Shown here piece by piece: positions 38,962 through 51,375 of a stretch of 64,000 nt of DNA. Every line of letters starts with the position of its first letter. Position 1 is the stretch's first letter. The DNA lies in contig CP075494.1 in assembly GCA_021613535.1 (NCBI GenBank), positions 8,928,001-8,992,000 of the forward strand, read 5' to 3'. Position numbers and translations under genes: made by a program. Below the pieces are notes generated by a model that ran no database searches, was not told the origin of the DNA, and saw only the letters and a program-made list of their open reading frames with translations. This DNA comes from Adineta vaga. Its lineage: Eukaryota; Animalia; Rotifera.

Positions 38962-39611
38962 TTTGATTAACTATTCTTCTGTATGATGGACAGAAACTAT
39001 CTAGAATAAAATAGACAAAATCTATGTATCTATATCTATTTCAAAAATGAATAACTTTGTCGAAATTCAATGAGGAAAATAAATAAAATAAACACATAGG
39101 TATGTGTAAGTTTTTATTGGTTGATGATTCATATCCAATCAAAATATGATGCGAATCATCGAACCTCGCTCAAAGTGCATTTGTGTGTCAATGAATTCGT
39201 CGAAAGAATATGTTACCTTGTCAGATCTCAGATATATTATTGATTAATGGATAAAACAGATGAAAAAGATACAACCTGTATGTCGATTTCACGTTTAAGA
39301 TAGATCATTACAAAGATAAGATTCAATTGAATATGAAAATTGTCAGAAAGTTTTCTTTTAATTATGAAATGAAAATGATCTTATCACTCCAAGGTTTTCG
39401 TTACAATAAATAAGCGAATAAAAAGATTTTGTTTTCTCAAATCGAACAAATAGAGGAGTTGAAAAAAAAACATGGAACCATTATTTCTTTTCTCTTTTTT
39501 CTTTGTTCACTTGATCATCTTCATCCATAAAGCTACTTGGTTAGTTCGCAGTAAATTTCTATCCTAAAACAAGGTGTTCGATTGATCTCAAATGTGAAAA
39601 AAGTTCAATGG

Positions 39612-41352
39612 TTATTTTTGTGATGTCGAATGGTAACGATGTGGTCGATGGACTTTTGTTCCACCCTGTTTGCCTTTACCAGCTGGTAAATCAGGAAGTA
39701 CTGGTATATGTTCGATTTCTTCTTCTAAACGTTCGAGTTCAGCAGCAGATTTTAAACTCTTATACAATTTCCATTCATCACGTTCTTCATGTTCAACTAA
39801 ATCTAAATCAAAATCAGCATCACTTCTTCGAGTACTTTTATGTAATAAATATTGTCGACCATGTTCACTTAATTTTGATGCTAAAGCTTTCATTAATAGT
39901 TCGAGGATATCTTTGATTTGAGCTTCTTTAGCCAAATCAACAGCTGTCATACCTTCCCAATTATTTAATAATGCATTGGCACCATTATCAAGAAGACTAC
40001 GAACAATTGATGCATGATTAAACATAGTTGCAGCATGTAAACACTAAAATGAAAATTGACAATCCTGAATAAGACACTAGATTCATTGAAAATTTAAGAA
40101 TAATGCAGCAAACTTTACATTTTTCGATTGACTTTTTATTTAACAGATAGATGAGATTCAATACTCAAATTCATTATATTGAGTTAATATGAAATGTACT
40201 ACGGAAGCTAACTGATAGCTTTGGAATGCATAACTATTGTCTATATAATCTGACATTTTAACCGTAAATAGATTGGATCAATACAAGGATGTAACAATCA
40301 GTCAAACTGAAACGAGTATATTCTTTTCAATCAAATTGATATAGAAATATTTTCATTCAGTACGATATTTTATACTATTATAATATAAGAAATGTTTTAC
40401 AAACCGATTCGCCATTTTTTAATATATCGAGATTTGGTTTAAATTTGAGCAATTTATTAACCAATGATTCATATCCTTTTTGACATGCTTTAAAAAGTGG
40501 TGTTGTACCATCTTCTCGAGGAAAATCAATTGTTTCTTTAATATTGTCTACATTAGCAAGTAAATAATCGAATATTGCTTCATGACCATTTTGGACAACA
40601 AGCAATAATGCAGTAACACTATCTAAGCGTTTTAAATTTAAATCACATTGACCTGTTGCGACAAGTAATTGTACAACGGGTAAATGTCCATTTTGACATG
40701 CTAACATAATCGCTGTTGTTCCATCATTCATTTTTGCATTTAGATTTGCTTGTGCATTAATTAGTAATTGAACAATATCAGCAAAACCATTTTCACATGA
40801 AACATGTAAGGAAGTTGAACCGTCAAATGTTGATAAATCCACAATAGCTTTATATTTATTTAGAAGAAGTTCAACAATACGTGTATGATGATAGGAAGCA
40901 GCAAAATAAAGTGGAGATGCACCTGTAAGACGTCGAGCATTTGAATCAGCTCCATTTGCTAATAGATATTCGGCACATGAATAATGTCCACGTGCACATG
41001 TTAATAATAATGCAGTTGAATTTTCTCTATCACGACAATCAATTGGTATATGAGCTTTAGTAACAAGTTCTTGTAAAATATTTAAATTTCCAGTTAAAGC
41101 AGCAACATGAAACTTTTGATTTAATGCACGATCAGGTGGACCTGTTGCGGTTGGACGAGGAGATGGTGATGAAGAACGAGAAGTTAATTTTGTATTTTTT
41201 GATGACGAAGTTGTAAGTAATCGACGATTACTATCCTCAGTTTCTTCTTTTTGATCTTTACCAATATTATCCTCATCATCATCTTCTACATTTTGATGAT
41301 TTATTTCAGGTATGATAGGCTCGTCACTCATGGAGATTGTTGTTAATTGCAT
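39612..41352 (-). CDS. Ankyrin-repeat protein (~8 repeats, ANKRD29-like)
   Basis: Repeats such as GASPLYFAA, GSTSLHVSC, GTTAIMLAC and GTTPLFKAC. Splice GES|CLHAATMFNH across an intron at ~40405-40044. Confidence 0.9.
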
Positions 41353-42320
41353 TCGAGATATCGTTCAAATAAATTTCGAATCATTGTCAGAAATTTCTGT
41401 CGTCGAGTAAATGATATTATGTGATGGTAAAGACTAAGATGATAGTAGTAATAACAGCAAGGAATCACAAAAACAGAAGAATCAACCACTCGTCTTACAA
41501 AGAAAGAAAGAACCTTTTCTGATCTTTTATTATACATGGACATTTTTCTATCGTACACATAGAATAGACAGATACGCCAACATATAGGAAAAAAAATATT
41601 TCTTTCTAGAGGATACCAATGCATATATAAGAGAGAATGTGTAGGCGGGTTTTTTTCTCTCTACGATAGATTGATGTCGATTTTGGTTGTTGTATAACTC
41701 ATGCAAATGTAGCATCCTTTCTTCGTCAATGTGATAGAGAATATGGTAGAAAGAAGATGAAAGCTAGATGGAAGTGGATAGAATGAAATAACATCGTAAC
41801 CAAGAGAGAGAGAAAGAGAGAAAATTACTGTTTTTCCGCATTATTTGTTGTTACAACCAAATAAAGATAAATATTTTCGTTCATCTTCACAGAATGAAAG
41901 CAATTAAAAGGACTGAAACACTTCTGTCTAGTATCAGATAATTTTGTTCTTGAAGAAGGATATAAAACCTTGGCTCTAGTGAAATTATATTGAAAAAGAA
42001 AAATATTACTATAGTTCCAGAAGAAAGCATAATATTGAATACAAAAGATTCAATTCTTCTTTGATCAAAATGGACTGATGATGCAAGCGTAAGTATCTGT
42101 ATTCGATTACGATCAGTCACATGTCTACGTCTATTTTAATATTCCTAATGATTCAATACGCTCTCATAAATCATGTATTTTTACGCTTGTAATTATTTTT
42201 CACCTACCTGACGCATTATTCGTACTTATAGAATGTCACATAGAGAACGGTGCATATATACGTTTAAATAGGTGGATTCTTAGGTATTATTCCTTTCATA
42301 ATACAGGCATATAAAATTGT

Positions 42321-43460
42321 ATGATGATGATGTTTTTTACCTTTCCTTATACAATACTGTTTGTATCAATATATTTATATTTTTGTCGTTACTTTCGTTT
42401 TCGTCGTTTAAAATCTATTTTATCAAAATATACTGATGTTCAACTCGATTATCGAACAGCACAAGATATTGTTGTTCAAAGTGCCGCGTTCGACATGCCA
42501 TATTTGATAAGAACATCTCTTTCATTTGCACTCTTTCGAACCTATGGCATTCCTTCCATTGCTCATCTGTTAGTTCAAACGAATCAATTAGCACATCTTG
42601 ATACAGCTGGACGTCGAGCTGAAGATACAGGCGTACTTCTTAGTGAATGTTTGTATAACGAACTTGATTCTGATCGTGGTCGAATGGGATTAGCACGTAT
42701 CAATTATTTACATGGTTTATATGGAAATCGCATAGGTAATAATGATATGTTGTATACATTGAGTTTATTCATATTAGAACCAATTCGATGGATGAAAAAG
42801 TATGAATGGCGATCTTTAGTTTCGATTGAAGAACAGGCACGATTTCTTTACTTTAAAGAAATGGGTATACGAATGGGTATTGAACAAATTCCATCAACAT
42901 TAATTGAATTAGAGCAATGGGCAGATAAGTATGAAAAAGAGTATATGGTCTATTCAAAAGATAACCAAATGTGTGGCGAAGCAACATTAGCATTAATGAT
43001 TTCACAATTTCCAAAATGTATGAGCAGTTTTGTTCGTAAAGCATTGATATCATTGGTTGATGAACGACTTCGTTTAGCCATGGGTTTTGAAACAGTACCT
43101 AACTGGATGGTACATTTAACAAGTATACTATTCAATGTTCGAGCCTTTCTTTTACGTCATTGTGTACTTCCACGCATGTATCCGAATGATTTTGGTCAAG
43201 GTCCAGCTTCATGTCCTTTAAATGAACACGGTAGATATCAACGAACAATGTATATTTTTGAACCTTGGTATGTAAAAGAAACCTGGTGGAATAAACTATT
43301 TTCGTTTGGTGGTCATAAACCAGGATTAGAATACCGAAGTAATGGTTTTAAAGTAGAAGAACTTGGTCCAGAAAAGTTTGCTGGTAAAGGTATTGATATT
43401 ATGGAAAAAGATGTCGAGAAAATGAAACAAAGACTAACAGTATCAACGAAAGAGAACTGA
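42321..43460 (+). CDS. ER-bound oxygenase MpaB / DUF2236 family protein, intronless (horizontal-transfer candidate)
   Basis: N-terminal TM. Motifs FALFRTYGIPSI, RRAEDTGVLL, ARINYLH, NNDMLYTLSLFILEPIRW...YEWR, EPWYV and ELGP are typical of fungal/bacterial MpaB-like proteins. Confidence 0.88.
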   Translation: MMMMFFTFPYTILFVSIYLYFCRYFRFRRLKSILSKYTDVQLDYRTAQDIVVQSAAFDMPYLIRTSLSFALFRTYGIPSIAHLLVQTNQLAHLDTAGRRAEDTGVLLSECLYNELDSDRGRMGLARINYLHGLYGNRIGNNDMLYTLSLFILEPIRWMKKYEWRSLVSIEEQARFLYFKEMGIRMGIEQIPSTLIELEQWADKYEKEYMVYSKDNQMCGEATLALMISQFPKCMSSFVRKALISLVDERLRLAMGFETVPNWMVHLTSILFNVRAFLLRHCVLPRMYPNDFGQGPASCPLNEHGRYQRTMYIFEPWYVKETWWNKLFSFGGHKPGLEYRSNGFKVEELGPEKFAGKGIDIMEKDVEKMKQRLTVSTKEN

Positions 43461-44128
43461 TCGATTTCTATTCATAAATGTAATTTCGTATATTGACTTG
43501 AATTGTAAACATCTGTTCATCTTATCAAATGTTAATGTTCAACTAATCTAGGTTTTCTTAATAGAAAACTTAAAAAAAAATAAAATTCAACGCCATGAAA
43601 GGTTTTATAAAGATTGAAGTAATTAGTTAAATGCACAAGAATATGTTAGTAAATCGAATATTTGTATTTCATCAACTTTAACTCCATTAAAACAATGAAA
43701 GACGTATAGATTGGATTTAGAATATTGATGTAGTGCTTGTTGTATTAGAAGAACTCATTGGTGAAACAATCAGAGTTATGAAAAAAATGTTGGAACAATA
43801 AAACATAGAACAATATGGGCAACATTTCTTATGCTCATAAATATTTTGATGAGGATATCGACTTAGATGAAATACAGACAAAACTAAAATGAAAAACTCT
43901 TTCCACTCATTGTGTTGGATATAATGTTTTTATTATTCGTTGGATGTCTAGTACATTTGAATTCTAACTTTTTTCTAATGTCAACTTTTATTTAGATATT
44001 TTCATTGATTATATAGATCAAAAGCGTATACTGTAAGTAAAAGAGTAAATATGCAAAGGTTTTGTCGAACACACCAGTAAAGATATTTATGAATAAATAT
44101 AAAAATTAAATGAAGGATTTCTTATTAT

Positions 44129-44642
44129 TTATGATTCTTCTTCCTCTTCAGCTTCACCATCTCCTTCTCCTTCTCCTTCTCCTTCTTCATTATTTTCACC
44201 TTCATTTTCGCCACCTTGATCTTCAGCACCCGTATCAGCATTGTTCTCATCAGTTGGTGCTGGATGTGGAGCAGGAGTAGGATGTGGTTGATGACCGCCA
44301 CTACTTCCACCACTTTGTACTAATGTCCATAAAGCTTTATTAGTATCTGTGGTTTGTTTTTGTAAAGTAAATCCATTACGTCGAAGAACATCAAGAATAC
44401 GTTGAGGACCATCTTGACAAAGAACACCTTCGGAATGATCCGCTAATGAATCATTAGAGAGATTTTCTTGTAGAGTACGAATCTGCAAAACAAGACTCAT
44501 TATCAATTTGTTTAATTCTCTATAATTAAAAACATACCACTTCGGGTGGAATCTTATAACTTTCAACTCCTGTTGAATGAATAAGTGTTGGACCAGTTTG
44601 TGATTTATCCAAATCACATGACAAAGTTAATTGAAGTGCCAT
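44129..44642 (-). CDS. GTP cyclohydrolase I feedback regulatory protein (GFRP)-like domain with a long acidic tail
   Basis: Exon 1 MALQLTLSCDLDKSQTGPTLI...IPPEV| and exon 2 ...DGPQRILDVLRRNGF...KALWTL resemble GFRP VGPTMV...DDPPRIVLDKLERRGF...LVWCL. An HPxP linker and a Glu/Gly tail follow. Confidence 0.6.
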
Positions 44643-45370
44643 CGATGATTATTTTCGATTAAAAATTCTGAAAAAGAAACTTTTTTTATCGCACAATCTA
44701 CAGGGTCGGTGTTGTTTGCTTCTTTTTTCTCTTTTAACGAAATGATGTACGAAGCAAGACTCATAATGACACAATTTTTTTTCTCTTTCTTTCTCTCTCT
44801 CTCTCGAAAGCATATTTAGAAGAGAAAGAGAAAGAAAAAGAACCAACATATTGCCCACAAAACAGACAGCGATTACTAAAAGATGCGTAGATAGACTAGG
44901 GTTATCACAATAACAAACTGACAAAAAAAAACCTACGGAATAGATAGAATGAAGGAAAAACGATAGCGAAAACAACAACAACAACAACAACAGTAAATAT
45001 TAATCATTTTTATCGTGATTATAGTTGCTATAAAAAACGACGAATTTGACAACATATTGATCAAGTCTTTTGAATAGCTTATTACAAACTACTTCTCACA
45101 TTACTGTTTGATATTTCTTTCATATGAATGTCAGAAGACAGAAATAATAACACAAGTCTACGCACATTTTTTTGTCACATGCATTGTTTGATGTGACTTT
45201 CAATAACACTTTCAGATCTTTTGAATGCTAAATAAAAGTTTATCGGATATTTTTTGTTAGTAAAATCATATTTTATCAACTTGATTTCAAAGCAATATTC
45301 GTATTTAAATAGAAAAAGTTTATATATATCGTGTTTAATGAAAAGAAAACAAATGATTGAAACTGAGATA

Positions 45371-46420
45371 TCATCGCTCATCGTCATCATCATCTCTGAG
45401 TAAACATAATCTTGGAGTATTATTTCGATTTCGAATTAATGTCAAATTTTCATTAAGAATTTCGTCGAGTGTAAAACCACATGTTGAAAGAATACGAAAA
45501 TGATTTTCAAGTTCATCAATACGCTCTTTACCAAGTTTGTTATATACTTCACGTAATAATCGTAATGAACGGATACGATGAAACAAAGCTAAACATTGCT
45601 GTTCATCAGGAGCCCAACGATCATCAGCATCACATATCTGAGTGAAATACATAGGACAACGTTTTACATTCGACTCCCAGTGATGATTATGATCAAATAT
45701 TCCATTTGTTCCACCTATTGATTTATCACAATCTTCAACTTTTCCCCCACAAAAATAACACCACAATTGCGAACAGGTCGGACAAGTCATATGTGTACAA
45801 GCATCATCTTTCATACCAGCAAGACCACAATTTGGACAAGGTACTTTTTGACCTGCTTCTAAATATTGATCAAATTCTTGTTTGTCACCATCTAATAAAC
45901 TACATGTAAAATGTTTGCTCATTTCATCGAATTGTTCATCTGTTGCATATGCACTAGAAAATGTCGGACAAGCTTTCAGACATACTAAACAAGACATAAT
46001 ACCACACTCAGAATGAGTACAATAAAGAAATTTTGGATCGTTAATTTTTCGAATGACAGCATACGCACAAAACGGACAATTGTCTAAACGTTCATCTTTC
46101 TTGAGAAATGCTTTTGCCCAAACTAAGACAAGCATATGTTGAAGATAGAAATCCAATTGCTCTGGTGTTAATTGTCGTTCAAATACTGCAGGATTTAAAT
46201 CAACATGACATTGAAGACAACGCAATGGTGTATAATTTTGTGGTTCAGAGAAAAATAGATTTACAATACGTGTAGAGCATTCTACACAATAATGATGAGA
46301 TTGTATACATTGAATACCAGGATGATCAGGTTCTAATTCGTCACCACATCCTCCACATACGGTTTTCTTCTTATCTTTATCACAACCTGTGGTTATCGAC
46401 GAATCTATTGCATTTGACAT
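45371..46420 (-). CDS. RBR-type (RING-IBR-RING) E3 ubiquitin ligase, intronless
   Basis: RING1 CGGC...HHYCVEC...CLQC, IBR CPFC...CLVC, and RING2 CPNC...KDDACTHMTCPTC...WCYFC. The ATG directly follows a ttttacag acceptor-like site. Confidence 0.88.
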   Translation of the reverse strand: MSNAIDSSITTGCDKDKKKTVCGGCGDELEPDHPGIQCIQSHHYCVECSTRIVNLFFSEPQNYTPLRCLQCHVDLNPAVFERQLTPEQLDFYLQHMLVLVWAKAFLKKDERLDNCPFCAYAVIRKINDPKFLYCTHSECGIMSCLVCLKACPTFSSAYATDEQFDEMSKHFTCSLLDGDKQEFDQYLEAGQKVPCPNCGLAGMKDDACTHMTCPTCSQLWCYFCGGKVEDCDKSIGGTNGIFDHNHHWESNVKRCPMYFTQICDADDRWAPDEQQCLALFHRIRSLRLLREVYNKLGKERIDELENHFRILSTCGFTLDEILNENLTLIRNRNNTPRLCLLRDDDDDER

Positions 46421-46797
46421 TCTGTAAAAAAATTTTTTTAAGGTTTTAGTGAAAAAATGTGCGTAAAAACAAGAAAGACACAAATAGTTATTTATGGTAG
46501 ACCATTTATAAAATGAAGAAAAAAGAACGTGTTCTTCGTTCGTTAGTCACATGTAATAGAATAAATAAAGAAGAGAATCTTATTGTTTCTTTTCTTTTTT
46601 TGTTGTTGGAGATTTCTCAAAAAGAAAAAAATAATTGTTCGTCCAACAACAAATTTGCTTGATTCTAAGTGTATTGAGTAAAAACGACACTTTCTTCACA
46701 TACCATGCTTTATTTAGAATTATATTACAAATGAATGACGATGAAAAAAATACAGATGAGAATAAGTTATCGTTCCTTGTAGGAAATATCGAATAGA

Positions 46798-48915
46798 TTA
46801 TTGAAAATATTGATTATCAGGTTCTTTCGTATCACCAAACATAAGTACAACACCATAGGACAGTATTGAACCAAGAAAGATACCAGCAGTAAGTGCCTAA
46901 ATAGAAATAAGTCTTTTATTTTTACGTACGATGACATCATAATCAAAGAATAGAATTTTATACGAAGTATTTGTTTACTATTACACTTCCTTTTTTCCTA
47001 TTCTCAATCTCTTCAATCAAAAACGATTCATTATTCTATCAAGTTCCACACATTAAATAATTCAACTTAAAATAAACAAAATCAAATTCTGATTTTCAAC
47101 GATTCTGCCGAACGATATAATAAAATCAAAAAGTCATATTCTTTTTATGACAATAGAACTTATTTCCTATAAGTCATGAGATTAAAAAATTCGTATTCTG
47201 ATTTTTTCAAATTTTCGTCTATGCCTTTGAAACATACCATAAGCATCAATGCTCCGACTGTACTACTTAATTGAGCATGAACACGTTTTGGTGCAAACAT
47301 CATATTAAGTGAATTGCAATAGCCATGTGATATAGCAAAACACATAACAATTAAAGCATAAATGAAATCATTTTTAAATACATATGGATATCCATTTGTG
47401 TTTGGAAAATGACAAAAACCAAAGAGCGGAATAAATATGAATCTTAGAGCACATAAACAAAAAAGAAGACGTGGTCGTATTAATGATGGAATATGAACTT
47501 TTGACGAGATCATTCGACCAAGTGTATCACCAACATTAAATAGTAAGAATGTCATTACTTGAGTATATAAACGATCACTCCAAATCGTATTTGGATAATC
47601 AATTGTGGGATAAGCTGGTTGAATTTTTGACATATATGCTGGAAAAAGTGATAGGGTACAAATAAATGTTAGAAGAACACCAAAAACATTCCATTTTGTA
47701 TATTTAAATGCAACTAATAAACGTTGACGTAAAGCTAATGATGTCATATCGATCGTATCAAGACGATTCTCTTCTGATGTTGTACGGAGTAATGGTTCGT
47801 GTTCATTATTAATTTCTTGAGTAGATGATGAATAAATTTGTAATAAACGAGATTTTTCAAGATAGATATATATTACCAAATTTGAAAGAAAAACGATTAT
47901 AGCAAGGAGAAAATAAATAGCAGCAGATATAGAAATATTATTCGAAAATAAGATCGATGCAATAGAACATAAGACAACAAATACACCGCCAAGTGCTTGA
48001 CCAGCGACAAATCCTAGAAGAAAAATTGGTCTTTAGTTGCTATTTCATTCGCTTTATATCCGTCGAATCGAACGAAGTTCAAATGTTTCGAGCAAAAGCA
48101 GCAATTGAAATTATAATTCTCTAACTAATAGAAAACTCATTTTTCTAATCTTTAGAATATCGAACTACAATAAGTATTCATGCATGTTCACAAGCTATTA
48201 GATATCTGTAAGTCATTTTTCTTAAAAATTCAATGTGAACTTAAACAAATCATGTTCTCTCGTTTTTCTTCATTCAGATAAATAGATAACACGATCTTCT
48301 TTACATTTATAGATTATAACTATCAAATCTAGCTAGCAAGTTCGATACTTACAAATAAAGTTACTATATATAACTATAATCAGTAATATACTTAAAACTA
48401 TAATCAACAGTTATTTACTGAAAATGTTTCTTACCTTGCATATATTGACTTGGTAATGTTGACGCTAAGGAAAAGAAACAATTGAGAAGAATAGCAGATA
48501 GAACACCTAGAACCATCACAATTATCATAGTAATAAGAAAGAATATTTCACGCCATTGATGAACATCAACAAAAATCAATGAAAAACAAATTAACAAACA
48601 AATTGTTATACCAATTAATGACGTAGAAATTCGATATTTATGAATATATGGTACGCAAACAAATGTTACCAAGATTGCAGTAATTAGATTTGGTAAAGAT
48701 GTACACAGAGTAACAGCATTTTCATATGATAATTCAAGACGTGATGCAGTTGTATTCGGCATTGTTGGATCATGTAATTTATAACGAAAATATTGATCCG
48801 CTGTAATAAAGAAATTGATTGGTAATAGAGATCCAAGTCCAAGCCAAACGAACGCCCAATAAGCCCAATGATGCCCATCAACTGTGATAACAGTTGGTAC
48901 CGATGAACTTTCCAT
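46798..48915 (-). CDS. Equilibrative nucleoside transporter (SLC29/ENT family)
   Basis: Three exons. Motifs LGLGSLLPINFFITADQYF, GFVAGQALGG, TLSLFPA, FNVGDTLGR, RFIFIPLF and SHGY. Confidence 0.93.
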
Positions 48916-49053
48916 TTAAATCTAGAAAAGTGTAGTAAGGTCAGCATGATTAATATAGATAAAAGGAGATTAGAAAAATATTGAGATATAAAAATTGCAA
49001 AAAAAATACTTGTAGCATGCATAAATATTATTGTCATTTATTGATACTCTTTT

Positions 49054-49398
49054 TTAAAGAGTACATGTATAACCATCTGGTGTAATACGAACACCGAGTT
49101 GATAATCTTGATTAAGTTCATTCATACCAAATGAGATAGTAAATCGACTATCTTGCATAGTAATATCTTCGTTAAATTTGTCAAAATAATCTTTTGCAAA
49201 AAGAATAACTTCATAAGCACCAAGTTCTTCTTCTGTATTTGCTTCTACCAAAACATGTGAATTATCATTTGTTAATGTTGCATGTTTAATATTAGTACGA
49301 TTCGAATCTTTATCAACACGCCATAAATCATATTCAATACCTTCAGCATTTTTCTTATGAAGATTATCATAAACAGATAGCATCATTTTAGCTGGCAT
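49054..49398 (-). CDS. Transthyretin/5-hydroxyisourate-hydrolase-fold protein lacking catalytic residues (114 aa, intronless)
   Basis: SVYDNLHKKNAEGI, GAYEVILFAKDYF, ISFGM and YQLGVRITPDGYT align with HIUase THVLD...PAxG, GxYxLxF...DYF and YHVPLLLSPxGYSTYRGS. Confidence 0.75.
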   Translation of the reverse strand: MPAKMMLSVYDNLHKKNAEGIEYDLWRVDKDSNRTNIKHATLTNDNSHVLVEANTEEELGAYEVILFAKDYFDKFNEDITMQDSRFTISFGMNELNQDYQLGVRITPDGYTCTL

Positions 49399-49453
49399 AG
49401 TCAAATTTAATCTAAAAATAGAAATATTTTTTAAAATTATTTCATTCTCACGA

Positions 49454-49469
49454 CACACACACACACACA
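49454..49469. repeat. (CA)n/(TG)n microsatellite in the ARL5 - TTR-like spacer
   Basis: Directly visible. Confidence 0.9.
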
Positions 49470-49592
49470 AAGTTATGAATACACAAAAAAAGAAAGATTC
49501 GTTTCAATATAGTTGGAATTCCCAGTATACTTGTTTATGTTCATAAAGAAAGGTAAATATTTATATATAAAAAAGAGGAGAAAAAAATAATC

Positions 49593-50245
49593 TCATCGTT
49601 TAACTCTCGAAGCAATCCAATCTAAACCTTGATATAGACCTTCTCCTGTCAATGCACAACAAGCTTGTATGTGCCAAGCTTGATCTTTAATCGATGTTAA
49701 ACATAATTGTTTGGAAATTTCAGCTGATGTCATGGCATCTTTAATATCTTGTTTATTTGCAAGAATTAAAACAGATGCGGAACGCAATTCTTCACTTTGT
49801 AACATACGAAATAATTCTTGTTTAGTAATTGGTAAACGTTCACGATCTGTACTATCAACAACAAGTATAACATATTCTGTATGTACAAAATAAGTTTGCC
49901 AAGATGAACGCAATGATTCCTGTCCACCGATATCCATCATTAAAAAACGTATATTTTTAAAAACAACTTCTTCAACATTAGAACCAATTGTTGGAGATGT
50001 ATGAACAACTTCGTTCATTAAAAATTGATAAAGTATTGTTGTTTTACCTGAATATTAATATCATCATACAAACAATGGATGAATTTAATTCGCTTTTTCT
50101 GCTTACCAGCATTATCAAGACCGACAATGATTATTTTATGTTCTTCATCACCTAAACAAAAAATTGAATATTCCATTTTCTATATTATTCAATCAGTCCT
50201 TTACGTACCAAATAATGCCCATAGTTTCGAAAATAAGAATCCCAT
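49593..50245 (-). CDS. ARL5: ADP-ribosylation factor-like protein 5
   Basis: Three exons. MGFLFSKLW...[10 protein letters not shown]|[41 protein letters not shown] and CCALTGEGL. Confidence 0.96.
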
Positions 50246-51375
50246 AGTTTGTCTATATATTCAATAAACTAAACATCCAAAAAATATGTTTCATGAAAAC
50301 CGCATTTTTATCTTAAAATAAAAGCAATACATGTTTTTGTTGATCACGAGATGAAACAATCATAATGACGACAGACAATCTTAGAGAAAACAGTAAATGG
50401 ATGGATGAATGAAAGATAAATCAAGTAGTCGAGATACATTCATTTTCTTCTATTTCGATGACATGATTGGATATTTATGTTATGCAATGTATAACATGAG
50501 ATTGAGCCATCCTGACATCTACAGTCTAATTATTCATCACTGTGTTTGTTTCATTGTATCTGTTCAGAAAAGTCAAATAATCAAAATATATAGAAATCCA
50601 TACTCATAAAATTGAAAGCACATGACAGTTTTCAAGAGAATTTTTCAATCAAAGATATTCATCATATGTATCTTGACGTGCATTTAATTCTATCACGTGT
50701 CTGACATTACGTCAGTTTCTGTCTGAATCTGATCATTTGCATACTTGACATACACAATTAATGAATGATAGCAAGTATACATTTTTTAAATGCTTAGAGA
50801 GAGAGAGAGCCGTATTGTTTAGAAATCAGTCATGACTGTAGGTTGTTACTCAATTCATTTAACACCAGCTGGCTCTATTTCGCATGTATCAGTCGTTTCA
50901 TTTTAGTAATGTAAAATAAAACTCATGATAACAAAGCTTTGTATTTGTAAAATATTAGAATATGGGATATTAAGTGTCTATTTATTTCAGATTCTTCAAA
51001 GCAAAAAGATCATTGCAATATTTCGACTATAATTCGCATAAGTATATAAGAAAGTACATTGAAAGACTTACTTTTTACATTGATTCATAAAAAATAAACG
51101 AACCATGTGTCGAGAATCAACATGGTTTCTTTAAAAACAGATGAAACCATCAGACATATATTCAAGTGCATTTTGCAGTAAGTTAAGCGTGAAGAACAAG
51201 GTAAAAACATTATGTGAAGGTAAAAGAAATCGTCAAACTAGAAAGAAAAGTGAGTACCCACATATTCAATGCACGTGAAAAGAAGTTATTTGATTGAATG
51301 AATTTATTTCGTTTTCAAAGAATCGAACTAAAAAAATACACTGCTGAGAAAGTATTCTACATTAGAACAATACAT

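Noticed and set aside
50670-50715. Cluster of ACGT-core motifs (TGACGT, CACGTG, TTACGTCA) upstream of ARL5
   Set aside because: Short motifs without conservation data; function cannot be supported.
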